This document shows, piece by piece, positions 29,002 to 40,112 of a DNA stretch of 64,000 bases. Both the position numbers and the translations under genes were made by a program. Numbering within the stretch: the first letter of the stretch is position 1; every line of letters starts with the position of its first letter. The notes beneath the pieces were generated by a model. That model was given only the letters and a program-made list of their open reading frames with translations. It searched no databases and was not told the DNA's origin. Origin of the DNA: Anaerolineae bacterium (GTDB taxonomy: Bacteria > Chloroflexota > Anaerolineae > S140-20); the NCBI GenBank assembly GCA_027021705.1, contig JALUTT010000132.1, positions 1-64,000 on the forward strand, in the 5' to 3' direction.

Positions 29002-30477
29002 ATGGAGATTGAAAAGGACTACTATGCCATACTGGGGGTCGGGCCGGCGGCTACCGGTGAGGAGATCAAGAAAGCCTTCCGGGCTCTGGCCCGACGTTAC
29101 CATCCCGACGTCAGCGATGCACCCGATGCGGTCGAGAGGTTCCAAGAGATTCAGGAAGCCTACGAGGTCCTGAGCGATGAGGCTCGCCGAAAGGCCTATG
29201 ACAGAGCCCGAGCCGAGGCCGGTCTTTCCGATCAGGCGATCCTGGCCTGGGAACTCACCGTCAGCCGCCAGAGCCTGCCCGCGATACCTGAGGAGCAGAT
29301 TCTCTACCTGATGGTGGAGATCAGCCCGGCGGCGGCGATGGAGGCCAAGCGGCTTCCCCTGAACCTCTGCCTGGTCATTGACCGCAGCACTTCGATGCAG
29401 GGGGAGCGCCTCAACCAGGTGAAGGCGGCAGCTTACCAGATCATCGAGGACCTGCGGGAGAGTGATACCTTCTCGGTGGTCACTTTCAGCGACCGTGCCG
29501 AGGTCGTCCTATCGGGCCTGCGGGGCTCGGACAAGACCCTGGCCCGTGCCCGATTGAACGCCATCCGCGCCAGCGGTGGGACGGAGATCCTCAAGGGGCT
29601 GGAGGCCGGGGTTGAACAGGTGAGGAAGCGCAAACGGCTGCGGGCGGTCAACCACATCATCCTGTTGACCGATGGGCACACCTACGGGGACGAAGAAGCC
29701 TGCTTGGCCCTGGCAGTGGAAGCTCGGAACCAAGGGATCGGCATCAGTGCGATGGGCATCGGCGAGGATTGGAACGACCAGTTCCTAGACCTCCTCGCCA
29801 CCAAGAGCGGGGGCGTTTCTGCGTACGTGGATTCGGCGGCCCAGGTGCGCACCCTGCTGCGCAAGCGGGTGCAAGGGTTGGGAAGCATCTACGCCCAGGA
29901 TATCCAACTCTTGCTTCGCTTTGCGGCCAACGTCCGCCTAGAGAGCGCCTACAAGGTCTCTCCGTACATCATCCGTCTGGAGCCCTCCCAGGACCGAATC
30001 TCCCTGGGACCGCTGGAGGCCACGTCTCCCCTCAGTGCCTTGCTGGAGATCGTCGTCGGCCCCCAGAAGCCAGGCCGGCACCGTCTGATGCAGCTCGAGG
30101 TGACCGGGGATGTGATCGCCATCGGACGACAGGGGGAACGGCTCCGACGTGAGCTGTGGTTTTCCATCACTGAGAACCCTACCGGTGAGGGGGAAGTGCC
30201 GGCGAATCTGGTCAACGCGCTGAACAAGGTGACGATCTACCGGATGCAAGAGCAGGCCTATCAGGCGTTGGAAAGCGGCAATGCGGAGAAGGCCAGCGAG
30301 CAATTGGCTCTGGTCGCCACCCGGTTGCTGGACATTGGTGAACTGGAACTGGCTCAAGCGGCTCGTCTGGAGGCCGGTCGCCTGGCCCGCACGGGCCGCC
30401 TCTCACCTGAAGGTTGGAAGAAGCTCAAGTATGGGACCCGAAGCCTGACAATGGGGCCTGTAGGAGGAGAAGGATGA
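29002..30477 (+). CDS. DnaJ-domain / von Willebrand factor A fusion protein
   Basis: J-domain DYYAILGV...YHPD, vWA MIDAS DRSTS, GGT and LLTDG. Confidence 0.93.
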   Translation: MEIEKDYYAILGVGPAATGEEIKKAFRALARRYHPDVSDAPDAVERFQEIQEAYEVLSDEARRKAYDRARAEAGLSDQAILAWELTVSRQSLPAIPEEQILYLMVEISPAAAMEAKRLPLNLCLVIDRSTSMQGERLNQVKAAAYQIIEDLRESDTFSVVTFSDRAEVVLSGLRGSDKTLARARLNAIRASGGTEILKGLEAGVEQVRKRKRLRAVNHIILLTDGHTYGDEEACLALAVEARNQGIGISAMGIGEDWNDQFLDLLATKSGGVSAYVDSAAQVRTLLRKRVQGLGSIYAQDIQLLLRFAANVRLESAYKVSPYIIRLEPSQDRISLGPLEATSPLSALLEIVVGPQKPGRHRLMQLEVTGDVIAIGRQGERLRRELWFSITENPTGEGEVPANLVNALNKVTIYRMQEQAYQALESGNAEKASEQLALVATRLLDIGELELAQAARLEAGRLARTGRLSPEGWKKLKYGTRSLTMGPVGGEG

Positions 30478-30983
30478 TCACGTGTCCATCGTGTGGACGT
30501 CAACACAGGCCTGGTACACTTTTCTGCAGTGAGTGCGGGGTCTACCTGCCGACAGGGGGGCCATTGCGTACCGAACCGTTGCCGGAGGAAGAACTGCCCG
30601 CCTCTCGAGCCAATCCCTGGGCCACAGGAGAAGGCGAGGTCGGCGTCGAAGCCCCACCCAAGACGCTGCGCATCATTATGCTGGACAGTGGGCGTCAGGT
30701 CCAGTTGCCTGCGGCGCCGGAGCTCTACCTGGGCCGGCTCGATGCCGCCCACGGGATCTTCCCCGACCTGGACCTGACCGCCGACGGTGGGCTGGAAGGC
30801 GGCGTGTCGCGACGCCACGCCAAGATCCACCAGCAGGGCAACCGCTTCTTCATCGAAGATGTGGGAAGCGCCAACGGAACCTTCCTGAACGGGCAACGCT
30901 TGACCCCCTATCTCCCCCATCCCCTTCACGATGGGGACGAGCTCCAGTTGGGAAAGCTGCGTTTGAAGGTGATCCTGGAGTAG
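30474..30983 (+). CDS. Zinc-ribbon + FHA domain protein
   Basis: CPSC/CSEC ribbon, then FHA motifs LGR, VSRRHA and [13 protein letters not shown] overlap with the upstream gene. Confidence 0.93.
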   Translation: MITCPSCGRQHRPGTLFCSECGVYLPTGGPLRTEPLPEEELPASRANPWATGEGEVGVEAPPKTLRIIMLDSGRQVQLPAAPELYLGRLDAAHGIFPDLDLTADGGLEGGVSRRHAKIHQQGNRFFIEDVGSANGTFLNGQRLTPYLPHPLHDGDELQLGKLRLKVILE

Positions 30984-30993
30984 GGGAGGGACT

Positions 30994-31236
30994 ATGCCGT
31001 ACACCGTCCTTGTCCACCTGACCAATGCGGACCCGATGTTGGCCGAGATTGACCAACTGCCGGACCCCCAGGACCAGTTCCTGATCTGCTCCAACCCCCG
31101 CCAGCGGGATGGCAAGGACCTGCACTACATCCTGCCGGAAGTGAACACCATCCTCCTGCCTTGGCACCGGATTAGCTTCGTCGAGGTCCTCCCCACCGAG
31201 GAAGAGGAGGAGGTCATCACCTTCATCCGGGAGTGA
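30994..31236 (+). CDS. Small hypothetical protein (80 aa)
   Basis: GGAGG RBS, host-like codon use, stop overlaps the next start. Confidence 0.75.
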   Translation: MPYTVLVHLTNADPMLAEIDQLPDPQDQFLICSNPRQRDGKDLHYILPEVNTILLPWHRISFVEVLPTEEEEEVITFIRE

Positions 31237-32015
31237 CCGTGAAAGAACCTAAACTCATCCTGGTGGTAGATGATGAGCCTCGGATGACCCGCTTCATTCG
31301 GATGAACCTGGAACTGGAAGGGTACCAGGTGATCGAGGCGCGTTCCGGCATGGAAGCCCTCAAGCGGGTGCGCGAGGACCTGCCGGACCTGGTGATCCTG
31401 GACGTGATGATGCCCGAGATGGACGGCTTCGAGACCCTCCGGCTCATCCGCCAGGTCTCCACCGTCCCCGTGATCATGCTCACGGTGAAAGCCGAGGAGG
31501 ATGACAAAGTGCGCGGGCTGGAGCTGGGGGCCGACGATTACGTGACGAAGCCCTTCAGCCCTCGGGAGCTGGCCAGCCGGGTCAAGGCCCTGCTGCGCCG
31601 GGCCCAGTTGCCCGCGCCGATGGAGAAGACGGTCATCAAGGTGGACGACCGTCTGACCATTGACTTCGCCCGTCGCGAGGTGATCGTCGAGGGCAAGCCC
31701 ATCAAGCTGCGCCCCACCGAGTACCGGCTCCTCTACCACCTGGTGAACAACGCCGGCTGGGTGATGCCCCACGAAACCCTCCTCTCCAAGGTGTGGGGGT
31801 ACGAGTACCGGGACGAAACCCACTACCTGCGCCTCTACATCACCTACCTGCGCCAGAAGATCGAGGAGGATCCCTCCAACCCCAAGTACATCCTGACCGA
31901 GCGGGGGGTTGGCTACCGCTTTGTGGACTTCCACCGCTGGCAGCGGCAGAAAGAGGAGCAGGAGGAAGGGGAAGCACAAGTCCAGGAGGGCGCAAGCGCA
32001 GAACAGGAGGGCTGA
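31233..32015 (+). CDS. OmpR/PhoB-family response regulator
   Basis: [22 protein letters not shown] and winged helix LRQKIE...TERGVGYRF. Confidence 0.96.
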   Translation: MTVKEPKLILVVDDEPRMTRFIRMNLELEGYQVIEARSGMEALKRVREDLPDLVILDVMMPEMDGFETLRLIRQVSTVPVIMLTVKAEEDDKVRGLELGADDYVTKPFSPRELASRVKALLRRAQLPAPMEKTVIKVDDRLTIDFARREVIVEGKPIKLRPTEYRLLYHLVNNAGWVMPHETLLSKVWGYEYRDETHYLRLYITYLRQKIEEDPSNPKYILTERGVGYRFVDFHRWQRQKEEQEEGEAQVQEGASAEQEG

Positions 32016-32094
32016 AGGCCCCACGCCCGGCAGGCGCGGCGGGGGTCCCCGTTCAGCGCAGGCACGCGGCCTCCACATCGCTCCTACACCGGAG

Positions 32095-32215
32095 GTATCT
32101 ATTCAGCCTACCCTCCCGCAGGTCACCGGTCGAGGGCGCTTTCAGCCCTGTAGGCTATTCGAAGCACGGTTTCGCGTCGGAAACGCGCCTAACCTGCGGG
32201 AGGGTAAACAGTTAC
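32095..32215 (+). mobile_element. 121-bp MITE (type B) with 8-bp target duplication
   Basis: Ends GTATCTATTCAG / GTAAACAGTTAC. CACCGGAG is duplicated at 32087-32094 and 32216-32223. Confidence 0.92.
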
Positions 32216-32232
32216 CACCGGAGGAAGAAGAC

Positions 32233-32754
32233 ATGGCCACACGCAAGATCGTCGTCACCGGCCCCTTCAACGCCGGCAAGACCGAATTCATCAAGAGCGT
32301 CAGCGAGATCGAGGTGGTCTCCACCGAGCGCAGGATCACCACCGAGGACGCCCACATCAAGGCGGAGACCACGGTGGCGATGGACTTTGGCCGGCTCACC
32401 CTGGGGGGGAACGTCCTGCACCTCTTCGGAACCCCCGGCCAGCCTCGCTTCGAGTTTATGTGGGAGATCCTGGCCAAGGAGATGGACGGCTTTGTCGTCC
32501 TGGTGGACAGCACCGATCCCGACCGCTTCGAGCAGGCCCAGCGGCTGATCCGCCTCTTCACCGAGATCGGGCCGGCCCCTTTCATCGTCGCGGCCACCAA
32601 GCAGGACCTGGAGGGGGCGTTGCGTCCCTCCCAGATCCGACAGGCCCTCCAGCTCCCTCCTGAGATCCCCGTCCTGCCCAACGTCGCCATTGACCCCGAC
32701 AGCGTGCGCAGCGTCCTGGTCCAGCTAGACCACCTGATCACTTGGGGGATGTAG
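32233..32754 (+). CDS. MglA-like small GTPase
   Basis: GPFNAGKT, TTVAMDFG, GTPGQ.RF and TKQD motifs. Confidence 0.9.
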   Translation: MATRKIVVTGPFNAGKTEFIKSVSEIEVVSTERRITTEDAHIKAETTVAMDFGRLTLGGNVLHLFGTPGQPRFEFMWEILAKEMDGFVVLVDSTDPDRFEQAQRLIRLFTEIGPAPFIVAATKQDLEGALRPSQIRQALQLPPEIPVLPNVAIDPDSVRSVLVQLDHLITWGM

Positions 32755-32810
32755 AGGCTTGGAACAGTCTATGAGGTTACAGAGCCATAGGAGAGCCATA
32801 GGGAGGAGAA

Positions 32811-33047
32811 ATGTACGGGTACAGATGTGAGTACTGTGGAGGCCTCGTCCGGGAGCGGGTGGTAGACCGGGAGATGTTCAAACACCGGGATGGCTTCGTG
32901 ATCCTGGAGAACGTGCCTATCGGGGTGTGCGACCAGTGCGGCTACCGCTATTACCACTCGACCCTGCTGCACCGGGTTGAGGAAATCGCTGCCAAGAAGA
33001 AGTCGCCGGCCCGTATGGAACTGGTCCCCGTTGCGCCCTACGCCTGA
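32811..33047 (+). CDS. YgiT/MqsA-type zinc finger protein
   Basis: CEYC...ILENVPIGVCDQCG; GGAGG RBS. Confidence 0.85.
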   Translation: MYGYRCEYCGGLVRERVVDREMFKHRDGFVILENVPIGVCDQCGYRYYHSTLLHRVEEIAAKKKSPARMELVPVAPYA

Positions 33048-33081
33048 TCCCGCCGTGTCACCTGTGGACTTGGAGGCCCCG

Positions 33082-34755
33082 ATGACCCTCCTGCCCGACC
33101 GGATCGCCAGCCTGATCCGGGAAGCGATTCAAGCAGCCCAGGATGCCGGCGACCTGCCGGCCTTTTCCATCCCCTCCATCCCCGTCGAACGGCCTCGCCA
33201 GGCCACCTTCGGCGACTTCGCCTCCCCCGTCTGCCTTCAGTTGGCCCCCCTGGCCCGGATGGCCCCCCTGCGCATCGCCGAACAGGTGGCCGCCCACCTG
33301 CCCCCCGCCGACTTCGTGGGCCGGGTGGAGGTGGCCCGGCCCGGCTACATCAACCTGACCCTGGACGAGGGCTGGCTGGCCCGCCAGGTGGAGACCATCC
33401 TGGCCGCCGGCGACCGCTGGGGAGCCGTGGATGTGGGGCGGGGGGAGCGCATCCAGGTCGAGTACGTCAGCGCCAACCCCACCGGCCCCCTCACCGTCGG
33501 CTCCGGGCGCAACGCCGTCCTGGGCGACGGGCTGGCCGGCGTCCTGGAGGCAGCCGGCTACCGGGTCCAGCGGGAGTACTACGTCAACGACGCCGGCTCC
33601 CAGATGCAGAAGTTCGCCGAAACCCTCTACGCCCGCTACGCCCAGGCCCTGGGCCACGACATCCCCATCCCGGAGGACGGCTATCGGGGGAGCTACATGG
33701 TCGAGCTGGGCAGGGCCATCGCCCAGGAGGAGGGCGAACGCTACCTCCGGATGGACCGCGACCGGGCCGTCGAGGCCCTGCGGGACGAGGGGCTGCGCCG
33801 GATGCTGGAGACCATCCGGGAGGACCTGGCCCTGCTGGGTATCCACTTCGACCGCTGGTTCTCCGAACGGAGCCTCTACGAGGACAGCACCTTCGAGACG
33901 GTGATGCAGCTCCTGCGGGAGCGGGGCTACCTGGAGGAGCGGGAAGGGGCCATCTGGTTCAAGGCCACGCTGCTGGGGGGCGACAAAGATGAGGTCGTCG
34001 TCCGCTCCAACGGCGAGCCCGGCTACTTCGCCTCGGACATCGCCTACCACTACGACAAGTTCGTGCGCCGAGGCTTCGACCGGGTCATTGACGTCTGGGG
34101 GGCGGACCACCAGGGCCACGTGCCCCGGATGAAGGCGATGATGAAGGCCCTGGGCCTGGACCCCGACCGGTTGATCATCGTCATCTACCAACTCGTCACC
34201 CTCACCCGCGAGGGCGTGGAAGTTCGCCTCTCCAAGCGGACGGGGGAGATCGTGACCCTGCGGGAGCTGGTGGAGGAGGTCGGGCCGGACGCCGTGCGCT
34301 TCTTCCTCCTCTCCCGCGAAGCCAACAGCCAGATGGAGTTCGATCTGAGCCTGGCCAAACAGGAGTCGGAGAAGAACCCCGTCTACTACGTCCAGTACGC
34401 CCACGCCCGCATCGCCAGCATCCTGCGCAAGGCGGCCGCCGACGGGTGGGAGGCCACCTCGGATCGGGGGGACGTGACCCTCCTGACCCACCCCGGCGAG
34501 CTGGCGCTGATCCGCAAGATGCTGGAACTGCCCGAGGTGGTCGCCCTCTCCGCCCGTCAGATGAGCCCCCACTTCCTGCCCCACTACGCCCAGGACCTGG
34601 CCGCCGCCTTTCACGCCTTCTACCGGGACTGCCGCGTCCTCGACCCGGCCAACGAAGCCCTCAGCTACGCCCGGCTGAAGCTGGTGCGGACGGCCAAGCA
34701 GGTGCTGGCCCGCACGCTGGGGCTGATGGGGATGAGTGCTCCCGAGACGATGTAG
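33082..34755 (+). CDS. argS: Arginine--tRNA ligase
   Basis: [33 protein letters not shown] and [12 protein letters not shown]. Confidence 0.97.
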   Translation: MTLLPDRIASLIREAIQAAQDAGDLPAFSIPSIPVERPRQATFGDFASPVCLQLAPLARMAPLRIAEQVAAHLPPADFVGRVEVARPGYINLTLDEGWLARQVETILAAGDRWGAVDVGRGERIQVEYVSANPTGPLTVGSGRNAVLGDGLAGVLEAAGYRVQREYYVNDAGSQMQKFAETLYARYAQALGHDIPIPEDGYRGSYMVELGRAIAQEEGERYLRMDRDRAVEALRDEGLRRMLETIREDLALLGIHFDRWFSERSLYEDSTFETVMQLLRERGYLEEREGAIWFKATLLGGDKDEVVVRSNGEPGYFASDIAYHYDKFVRRGFDRVIDVWGADHQGHVPRMKAMMKALGLDPDRLIIVIYQLVTLTREGVEVRLSKRTGEIVTLRELVEEVGPDAVRFFLLSREANSQMEFDLSLAKQESEKNPVYYVQYAHARIASILRKAAADGWEATSDRGDVTLLTHPGELALIRKMLELPEVVALSARQMSPHFLPHYAQDLAAAFHAFYRDCRVLDPANEALSYARLKLVRTAKQVLARTLGLMGMSAPETM

Positions 34756-34769
34756 GGGGGGACGAACCG

Positions 34770-35330
34770 ATGGGCCTCAAGCCGGACCACTGGATCCGCC
34801 GGATGGCGTTGGAACATGGGATGATCGAGCCCTTCGTGGACCATCTGGTGCGCGATGGGGTGATCTCCTACGGCCTCAGCAGCTACGGCTACGACATCCG
34901 CGTGGCCGACGAATTCCGCATCTTCACCCCCGGCCTGGGCGACCTGGCGGTGGTGGACCCCAAACGGCTGGACGACCGGACGATGGTGGACTTCCAGGGA
35001 GAGGTCTGCATCATCCCGCCCAACTCCTTCGCCCTGGCCCGCACGGTGGAGTACTTCCGCATTCCCCGCAACGTACTCTGCCTCTGCGTGGGCAAGAGCA
35101 CCTACGCCCGCTGTGGCATCATCGTCAACGTGACCCCCTTCGAGCCGGAGTGGGAGGGGTACGTGACCCTGGAGATCTCTAACACCACACCGCTGCCGGC
35201 CAGAATCTACGCCAACGAAGGGATCGCCCAGGTCCTCTTCTTCGAGGCCGATGAGGTCTGCGAGGTCTCCTACGCCGACCGGCGAGGGAAGTACCAAGGC
35301 CAGCGTGGCATCGCCCTCCCCCGCGTCTGA
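34770..35330 (+). CDS. dcd: dCTP deaminase
   Basis: [29 protein letters not shown] and GKYQGQ. Confidence 0.96.
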   Translation: MGLKPDHWIRRMALEHGMIEPFVDHLVRDGVISYGLSSYGYDIRVADEFRIFTPGLGDLAVVDPKRLDDRTMVDFQGEVCIIPPNSFALARTVEYFRIPRNVLCLCVGKSTYARCGIIVNVTPFEPEWEGYVTLEISNTTPLPARIYANEGIAQVLFFEADEVCEVSYADRRGKYQGQRGIALPRV

Positions 35331-35415
35331 GAGCCTGGCCGCCCCACCCGCCCCGCGCCCCCATCGGCCTGTAGACCCGTTTCCTCATCCCACAGCGACC
35401 TTTGAGGAGCGAACG

Positions 35416-36567
35416 ATGGACTTCCAGTTGACCGAAGAACAGGAGATGTTCCGTCGGGCGGTGCGGGACTTCGCCGAGAAGGAACTGAAGCCTCGGGCCG
35501 CCCAGACCGACGAAGACGAGACCCTTCCCTGGGACGCCCTGCGCAAAGGGATCGGGTTGGGGCTTTTCGGCCTCAACGTCCCGGAAGCCTATGGCGGCGC
35601 TGAGATGGATGCCATCAGCGCCGCCATTGCTATTGAGGAGATCGGACGGGTGTGCGGCTCCACGGGCCTCTCCATCGCCGCCCACAACGGGCTGGCCTGC
35701 GCCCCTCTCGTGGCCTACGGGACGCCGGAGCAGAAGGCGCGTTACCTACCCCGGCTGACCAGCGGGGAGACGCTGGGGGCGCTGGCGCTGACGGAGCCCA
35801 GCGGGGGATCGGATCTGGTCGGCGGGGTGCGCACGACGGCCGTCCGCGACGGTGACGGATGGCTCATCAACGGCAGCAAAGCCTGGATCACCAACGCCAG
35901 CCTGGCCGAGTTCATCATCGTCCTGGCCCGCACCGACCCCGAGGCCGGCACCCGGGGCTTCAGCCTCTTCATCGTGCCGACCGACGCCCCCGGCCTGACC
36001 ATCCACCCCAAGGAGAAGAAGATGGGGCTCCGGGGCTCCCCCACCCACGCCCTCACCTTCGACGGCGTGCGGGTGCCGGCGGAAAACCTGCTGGGCGAGG
36101 AGGGACGAGGGCTCCATCAGACGCTGGCCACGCTGGACGGGGGCCGGGTGGGCATCGGTGCCCTCTCCGTGGGCATCGCCCAGGGCGCTTTCGAGGAGGC
36201 CGTCCGCTACGCCCAGGAGCGCCGGGCTTTCGGCAAGCCCCTGGCCGAGCACCAGGCGATCCAGTGGATGCTGGCCGATATGGCGACGGCCATCGAGACG
36301 GCCCGGCTGATGGTCTACTACGCCGCCTGGCTCAAGGAGATGGGCCGCCCCTACACCAGAGAGGCGGCAATGGCCAAGCTCTTCGCCTCGGAGATGGCGG
36401 AGAAGGTCTGTCGGGACGCCATTCAGATCCACGGGGGGTACGGCTACAGCCGTGAGTACCCGGTGGAGCGGATGTACCGGGACGTGCGGCTGATGACCAT
36501 CGGTGAGGGGACCAGCGAGGTGCAGCGGATGGTGATCGCCCGACGGGTGTTGCAGCGGGCAACGTAG
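35416..36567 (+). CDS. Acyl-CoA dehydrogenase
   Basis: ALTEPSGGSD, NGSKAWITN, IQIHGGYGY and IGEGTSEVQR. Confidence 0.96.
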   Translation: MDFQLTEEQEMFRRAVRDFAEKELKPRAAQTDEDETLPWDALRKGIGLGLFGLNVPEAYGGAEMDAISAAIAIEEIGRVCGSTGLSIAAHNGLACAPLVAYGTPEQKARYLPRLTSGETLGALALTEPSGGSDLVGGVRTTAVRDGDGWLINGSKAWITNASLAEFIIVLARTDPEAGTRGFSLFIVPTDAPGLTIHPKEKKMGLRGSPTHALTFDGVRVPAENLLGEEGRGLHQTLATLDGGRVGIGALSVGIAQGAFEEAVRYAQERRAFGKPLAEHQAIQWMLADMATAIETARLMVYYAAWLKEMGRPYTREAAMAKLFASEMAEKVCRDAIQIHGGYGYSREYPVERMYRDVRLMTIGEGTSEVQRMVIARRVLQRAT

Positions 36568-36609
36568 GAGGGCTTTCCAAGCCCGACCTTCCCAAGCCCG
36601 GCTCGGCGG

Positions 36610-37389
36610 CTATCGCAGTCCCTTCTCCCGGAGCAGGCGGTCGGCCCAGGCAGCGTCCTCCCCCTCCAGAGGGGGCACCGGATCGGCGGCGTAATCCACG
36701 GCCAGATCGTAGCCGGCCCGATCGTAGAGCGCCTGCAACAGCGCCCCCAGGTTCACCACCGGCTCCTCATCGCCGGGTCGCAGGGGAAGACGGAAGGTGG
36801 GAATGGGGTCACGCACGCTGAAAGCGTAGAGGTCGGCCCAGGGGCGCCGCTCGGCCCGGCTCACGAGGAGGCGGTAGTGGCTTTCTCGCCCATCGCCGCT
36901 CACCGGCATCGGCTCACCCGCCCGAAGCAAGTCTACCTCCACCAGATGGGCGCGGCTGCCCAACACCTGGAGCCGCTTTTCCTCGTAGAGACGACGCCCT
37001 ACGCCGGGACGCTTGTTCGTCGGCGAGAGGATTTCCACCACCGTCACCACCTCGCCGCTGGCGACATCGCGTATCTCCAGGTAGGCCTCGCGGACCCGGT
37101 CGGGGAGGGGAACTTGGACGGTGCGCGGGCGCAGGGGAGAGGGCGCGGCCCGGGCTGCCGCCGGCTCCATCGGGGCCTCGGTCCGTACAACGGCCACATC
37201 GGGACGGCCAACGAAAGCCGCCCCTTCGATACCGGTCACGTAAACCCGCTCTTCAACGACCACCCGGTAGCGGGGCCGGAGTCGGGGGGCCAGCGCACCC
37301 CGCAGGGCCTCGATCAGGCCGTGGTGCACGTCCGGCCACAGGGCCGGGTGCTCCAGATAGGGGTCCATACCGGGAAAAGGGCTGGGCAT
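36610..37389 (-). CDS. DUF4058 family protein (putative PD-(D/E)xK nuclease)
   Basis: MPSPFPGMDPYLE, RPDVAV, EILSPTNK and LVEVDLLRAG. Confidence 0.9.
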   Translation of the reverse strand: MPSPFPGMDPYLEHPALWPDVHHGLIEALRGALAPRLRPRYRVVVEERVYVTGIEGAAFVGRPDVAVVRTEAPMEPAAARAAPSPLRPRTVQVPLPDRVREAYLEIRDVASGEVVTVVEILSPTNKRPGVGRRLYEEKRLQVLGSRAHLVEVDLLRAGEPMPVSGDGRESHYRLLVSRAERRPWADLYAFSVRDPIPTFRLPLRPGDEEPVVNLGALLQALYDRAGYDLAVDYAADPVPPLEGEDAAWADRLLREKGLR

Positions 37390-37459
37390 TGGCTTCTCCT
37401 GATTCCAGACTCCGAGAATTGTACCATATCCTTGAGGGCTAGACCAACGGAGGACCATC

Positions 37460-39025
37460 GTGAAACCATCGGAACAGCGCATCGCAGAAGGCATTCTCTT
37501 CACCGACCAGTACCAGCTCACGATGGCCCAGCTCTACTACCGCCTGGGCCTGCACGAGAAGCGCGTTCAGTTCGACCACTTCTTCCGCCGCTATCCCGAC
37601 TACGGGGCCCACCAGGCCGGCTACTGCATCAACGCCGGCCTGGCCTGGCTGTTGGACTGGATGCGGACGGCCCGCTTCGGCGACGAGGAGATCGCCTACC
37701 TGCGCAGCCAGACGGGCCGCGCCGGCACCCCCCTCTTCGACGACGACTTCCTGGCCTGGCTGCGGAAGCACGGCTCCTTCGAGGCCATCACCCTGCACGC
37801 CATCCCCGAGGGGCGCGTCGTCCATCCCCACGTCCCCCTCACCGTCGTTCAGGGGCCGCTGGCGATGGCCCAGGTCCTGGAGACCCCGCTGCTCAACCAC
37901 CTGAACTATCAGACCCTCATCGCCACCAAAGCGGCCCGCATCCGGGAGAGCGGTCGGGGCCGGCTGCTGCTGGAGTTCGGCCTGCGCCGCGCCCACGACA
38001 AGGGGGCCAACGCCGGCGCTCGGGCCGCCCTCATCGGCGGGGCCGACTTTACCTCCAACGTCGGCATCTCCCACGTCCTGGGCTACCCTCCCAAGGGGAC
38101 CCACGCCCACAGCATGGTCCAGCTCTTCATCGCCCTGGGGATGGGCGAACTGGAAGCCTTCCGCGCCTACGCCGACGTCTACCCCGACGACTGCTTGCTG
38201 CTGGTGGACACCATCAACACGCTGGAGAGCGGCCTGCCCAACGCCATCCGCGTCTTCCAGGAACTGCGGCGCAAGGGGCACGAGCCGGTGGGCATCCGGC
38301 TCGACTCCGGCGACCTGGCCTACCTCAGCATCCAAGCCGCCCGGATGCTGGACGAGGCCGGCTTCCCCAACACGGTCATCGTGCTCTCCAACGACCTGGA
38401 CGAGCTGGTGATCTGGCAGATCGCCACCCAGATTCGGGAGGAGGCGCCCCGCTACGGCGTGGACCCCGACCGCCTCCTGGGGCGGCTGGTCTACGGTGTG
38501 GGCACGCGGCTGATCACCTCCTGGGGGCAGCCGGCGTTGGGCGGCGTCTACAAGCTGGTCGCCGTCCAGGAGGGCGGCACGTGGAAGCCGGCCATCAAGG
38601 TCTCCGAGTCGGCGGAGAAGACGCCCAACCCGGCCCACAAGCGGGTCTGGCGGCTCTACGACCGGCGCGGCAAGGCGACCGCCGACCTCCTGAGCCTGGA
38701 CGACGAGGACCCCCGCCGGATGGACCCCATCGTCCTGCGCCATCCCTCGGACCACACCAAGCACCGCACCCTCCGCCAAGAGGAGATCGCGGAGATCGAG
38801 CCGCTGCTGGTGCCGGTCCTGGAGGAAGGGCGGCTGGTCTACGAGCTCCCCTCCCTGGAAGCGATCCGCCGGCAGCGCCAGGCCGACGTGGAGCGGCTGG
38901 ATCCGGGGGTGCGCCGGCTGGTGAACCCCCACGTCTACCACGTCTCCCTCACCGAGCGCCTCTGGGCCCTCAAGCAGCAGCTGATCGCCTCGGCGGTAGG
39001 GAAGCCCGCTCCTCCAGGAAGGTGA
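37460..39025 (+). CDS. pncB: Nicotinate phosphoribosyltransferase
   Basis: [31 protein letters not shown] and GGVYKLV. Confidence 0.95.
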   Translation: MKPSEQRIAEGILFTDQYQLTMAQLYYRLGLHEKRVQFDHFFRRYPDYGAHQAGYCINAGLAWLLDWMRTARFGDEEIAYLRSQTGRAGTPLFDDDFLAWLRKHGSFEAITLHAIPEGRVVHPHVPLTVVQGPLAMAQVLETPLLNHLNYQTLIATKAARIRESGRGRLLLEFGLRRAHDKGANAGARAALIGGADFTSNVGISHVLGYPPKGTHAHSMVQLFIALGMGELEAFRAYADVYPDDCLLLVDTINTLESGLPNAIRVFQELRRKGHEPVGIRLDSGDLAYLSIQAARMLDEAGFPNTVIVLSNDLDELVIWQIATQIREEAPRYGVDPDRLLGRLVYGVGTRLITSWGQPALGGVYKLVAVQEGGTWKPAIKVSESAEKTPNPAHKRVWRLYDRRGKATADLLSLDDEDPRRMDPIVLRHPSDHTKHRTLRQEEIAEIEPLLVPVLEEGRLVYELPSLEAIRRQRQADVERLDPGVRRLVNPHVYHVSLTERLWALKQQLIASAVGKPAPPGR

Positions 39026-40112
39026 GCAGACGGCGGCGGAAGCGGGCCACGTCGAAGGTCTGGGCGTGGCGGCGGATGGCCTGGGGGTCGAAGTCGCCGG
39101 GGGTGAAGCGGCGGAGGGTGGCGACCAGGGCCTCGGGCGTCGGGTCGTCGAAGAAGAGGCCGCTGAGCCCCTCGACCACCGTGTCCAACGCTCCGCCGGC
39201 CCGGTAGGCGATGACGGGGCGTCCGGCGGCCATCGCCTGCACCGGGGCGATGCCGAAGTCCTCCGCGCCGGGCAGCACGTAGGCCCGGCAGCCGGCGAAG
39301 AGGCGGGGCAACGTCTCGTCGGGCACCCGCCCCAAGAAGGTGACGTTGGGGCCGGCCATTGCCTCCAGCCGGGGGCGATCCCGCCCGTCGCCGGCGATGA
39401 CTAGGGGCCAACCCAGCCGGCTGAAGGCCCGCACGGCCAGGTCAATCCGCCGGTAGGGGATGAGGCGGGAGACGATGAGGAAGTAGTCGCGCTCCCCGTC
39501 ACCCCCCCGCTCCGCCTCGACCCCGGCCCGGGCGAAGCGCTCCGTCTCCACCGGCGGGTGGATGATCACCGACTCCCGGCGGTAGTAGCGCCGGATGCGG
39601 CGCTGCACCTCGCCGGAGATGGCGATGAAGTGGTCCACGCCCTGGGCAGCCCGATAATCCCAGCGGCGCAGGAGGGCGATCAGGGGGCGCAGCAGGGCCT
39701 TGAGGGGGCGGGGCAGCGCCTCCCGCCGGGCGTAGTCGTCGTAGTTCCAGACGTAGCGGGTGGGGGTCAGGCAGTAGCAGACGTGGGTGGTCCGGGGGCC
39801 GGTGCGGACGCCGTGGCAGAAGCCGCTCTTGTTGCTCAGGACCAGGTCGTAGCCGCTCAGGTCGAGCCGGGCGAAGGCGAGGGGGTAGAGGGGCAGGTAG
39901 GGCTGGTGGTGGCGGTAGATGCCCGGCAGCCGGTCCATCCAGGTGGTGTGGATCCGCCAGCGGCGGTAGGCGGCCGGCATCCCCTCCCGCCAGTAGATGC
40001 TGGTGTAAAGGGGGGCGTCGGGGAAGAGGGCGATGAGGGTCTCCAGCACGTCTTCCGCGCCGCCCATCTGGTTCAGCCAATCGTGGACCAGGGCGAGGGC
40101 GAAGGGGCTCAT
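38970..40112 (-). CDS. GT4 family glycosyltransferase
   Basis: [22 protein letters not shown] and [17 protein letters not shown]. Confidence 0.92.
   Translation of the reverse strand: MSPFALALVHDWLNQMGGAEDVLETLIALFPDAPLYTSIYWREGMPAAYRRWRIHTTWMDRLPGIYRHHQPYLPLYPLAFARLDLSGYDLVLSNKSGFCHGVRTGPRTTHVCYCLTPTRYVWNYDDYARREALPRPLKALLRPLIALLRRWDYRAAQGVDHFIAISGEVQRRIRRYYRRESVIIHPPVETERFARAGVEAERGGDGERDYFLIVSRLIPYRRIDLAVRAFSRLGWPLVIAGDGRDRPRLEAMAGPNVTFLGRVPDETLPRLFAGCRAYVLPGAEDFGIAPVQAMAAGRPVIAYRAGGALDTVVEGLSGLFFDDPTPEALVATLRRFTPGDFDPQAIRRHAQTFDVARFRRRLLTFLEERASLPPRRSAAA

Noticed and set aside
31909..32232. N-terminal ORF extensions containing QPTLPQVTGRGRFQ or GFASETRxTCGRVNSY (also near 52570-52669 and 55345-55679)
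   Set aside because: These are translations of the MITE sequence, not a shared protein domain.
36877..39207. Long alternative-frame and antisense ORFs (also 3042-4532, 6719-8323, 17088-18782, 33058-34614, 47808-49382)
   Set aside because: Shadow ORFs typical of high-GC DNA; they overlap well-supported genes and lack recognisable motifs.
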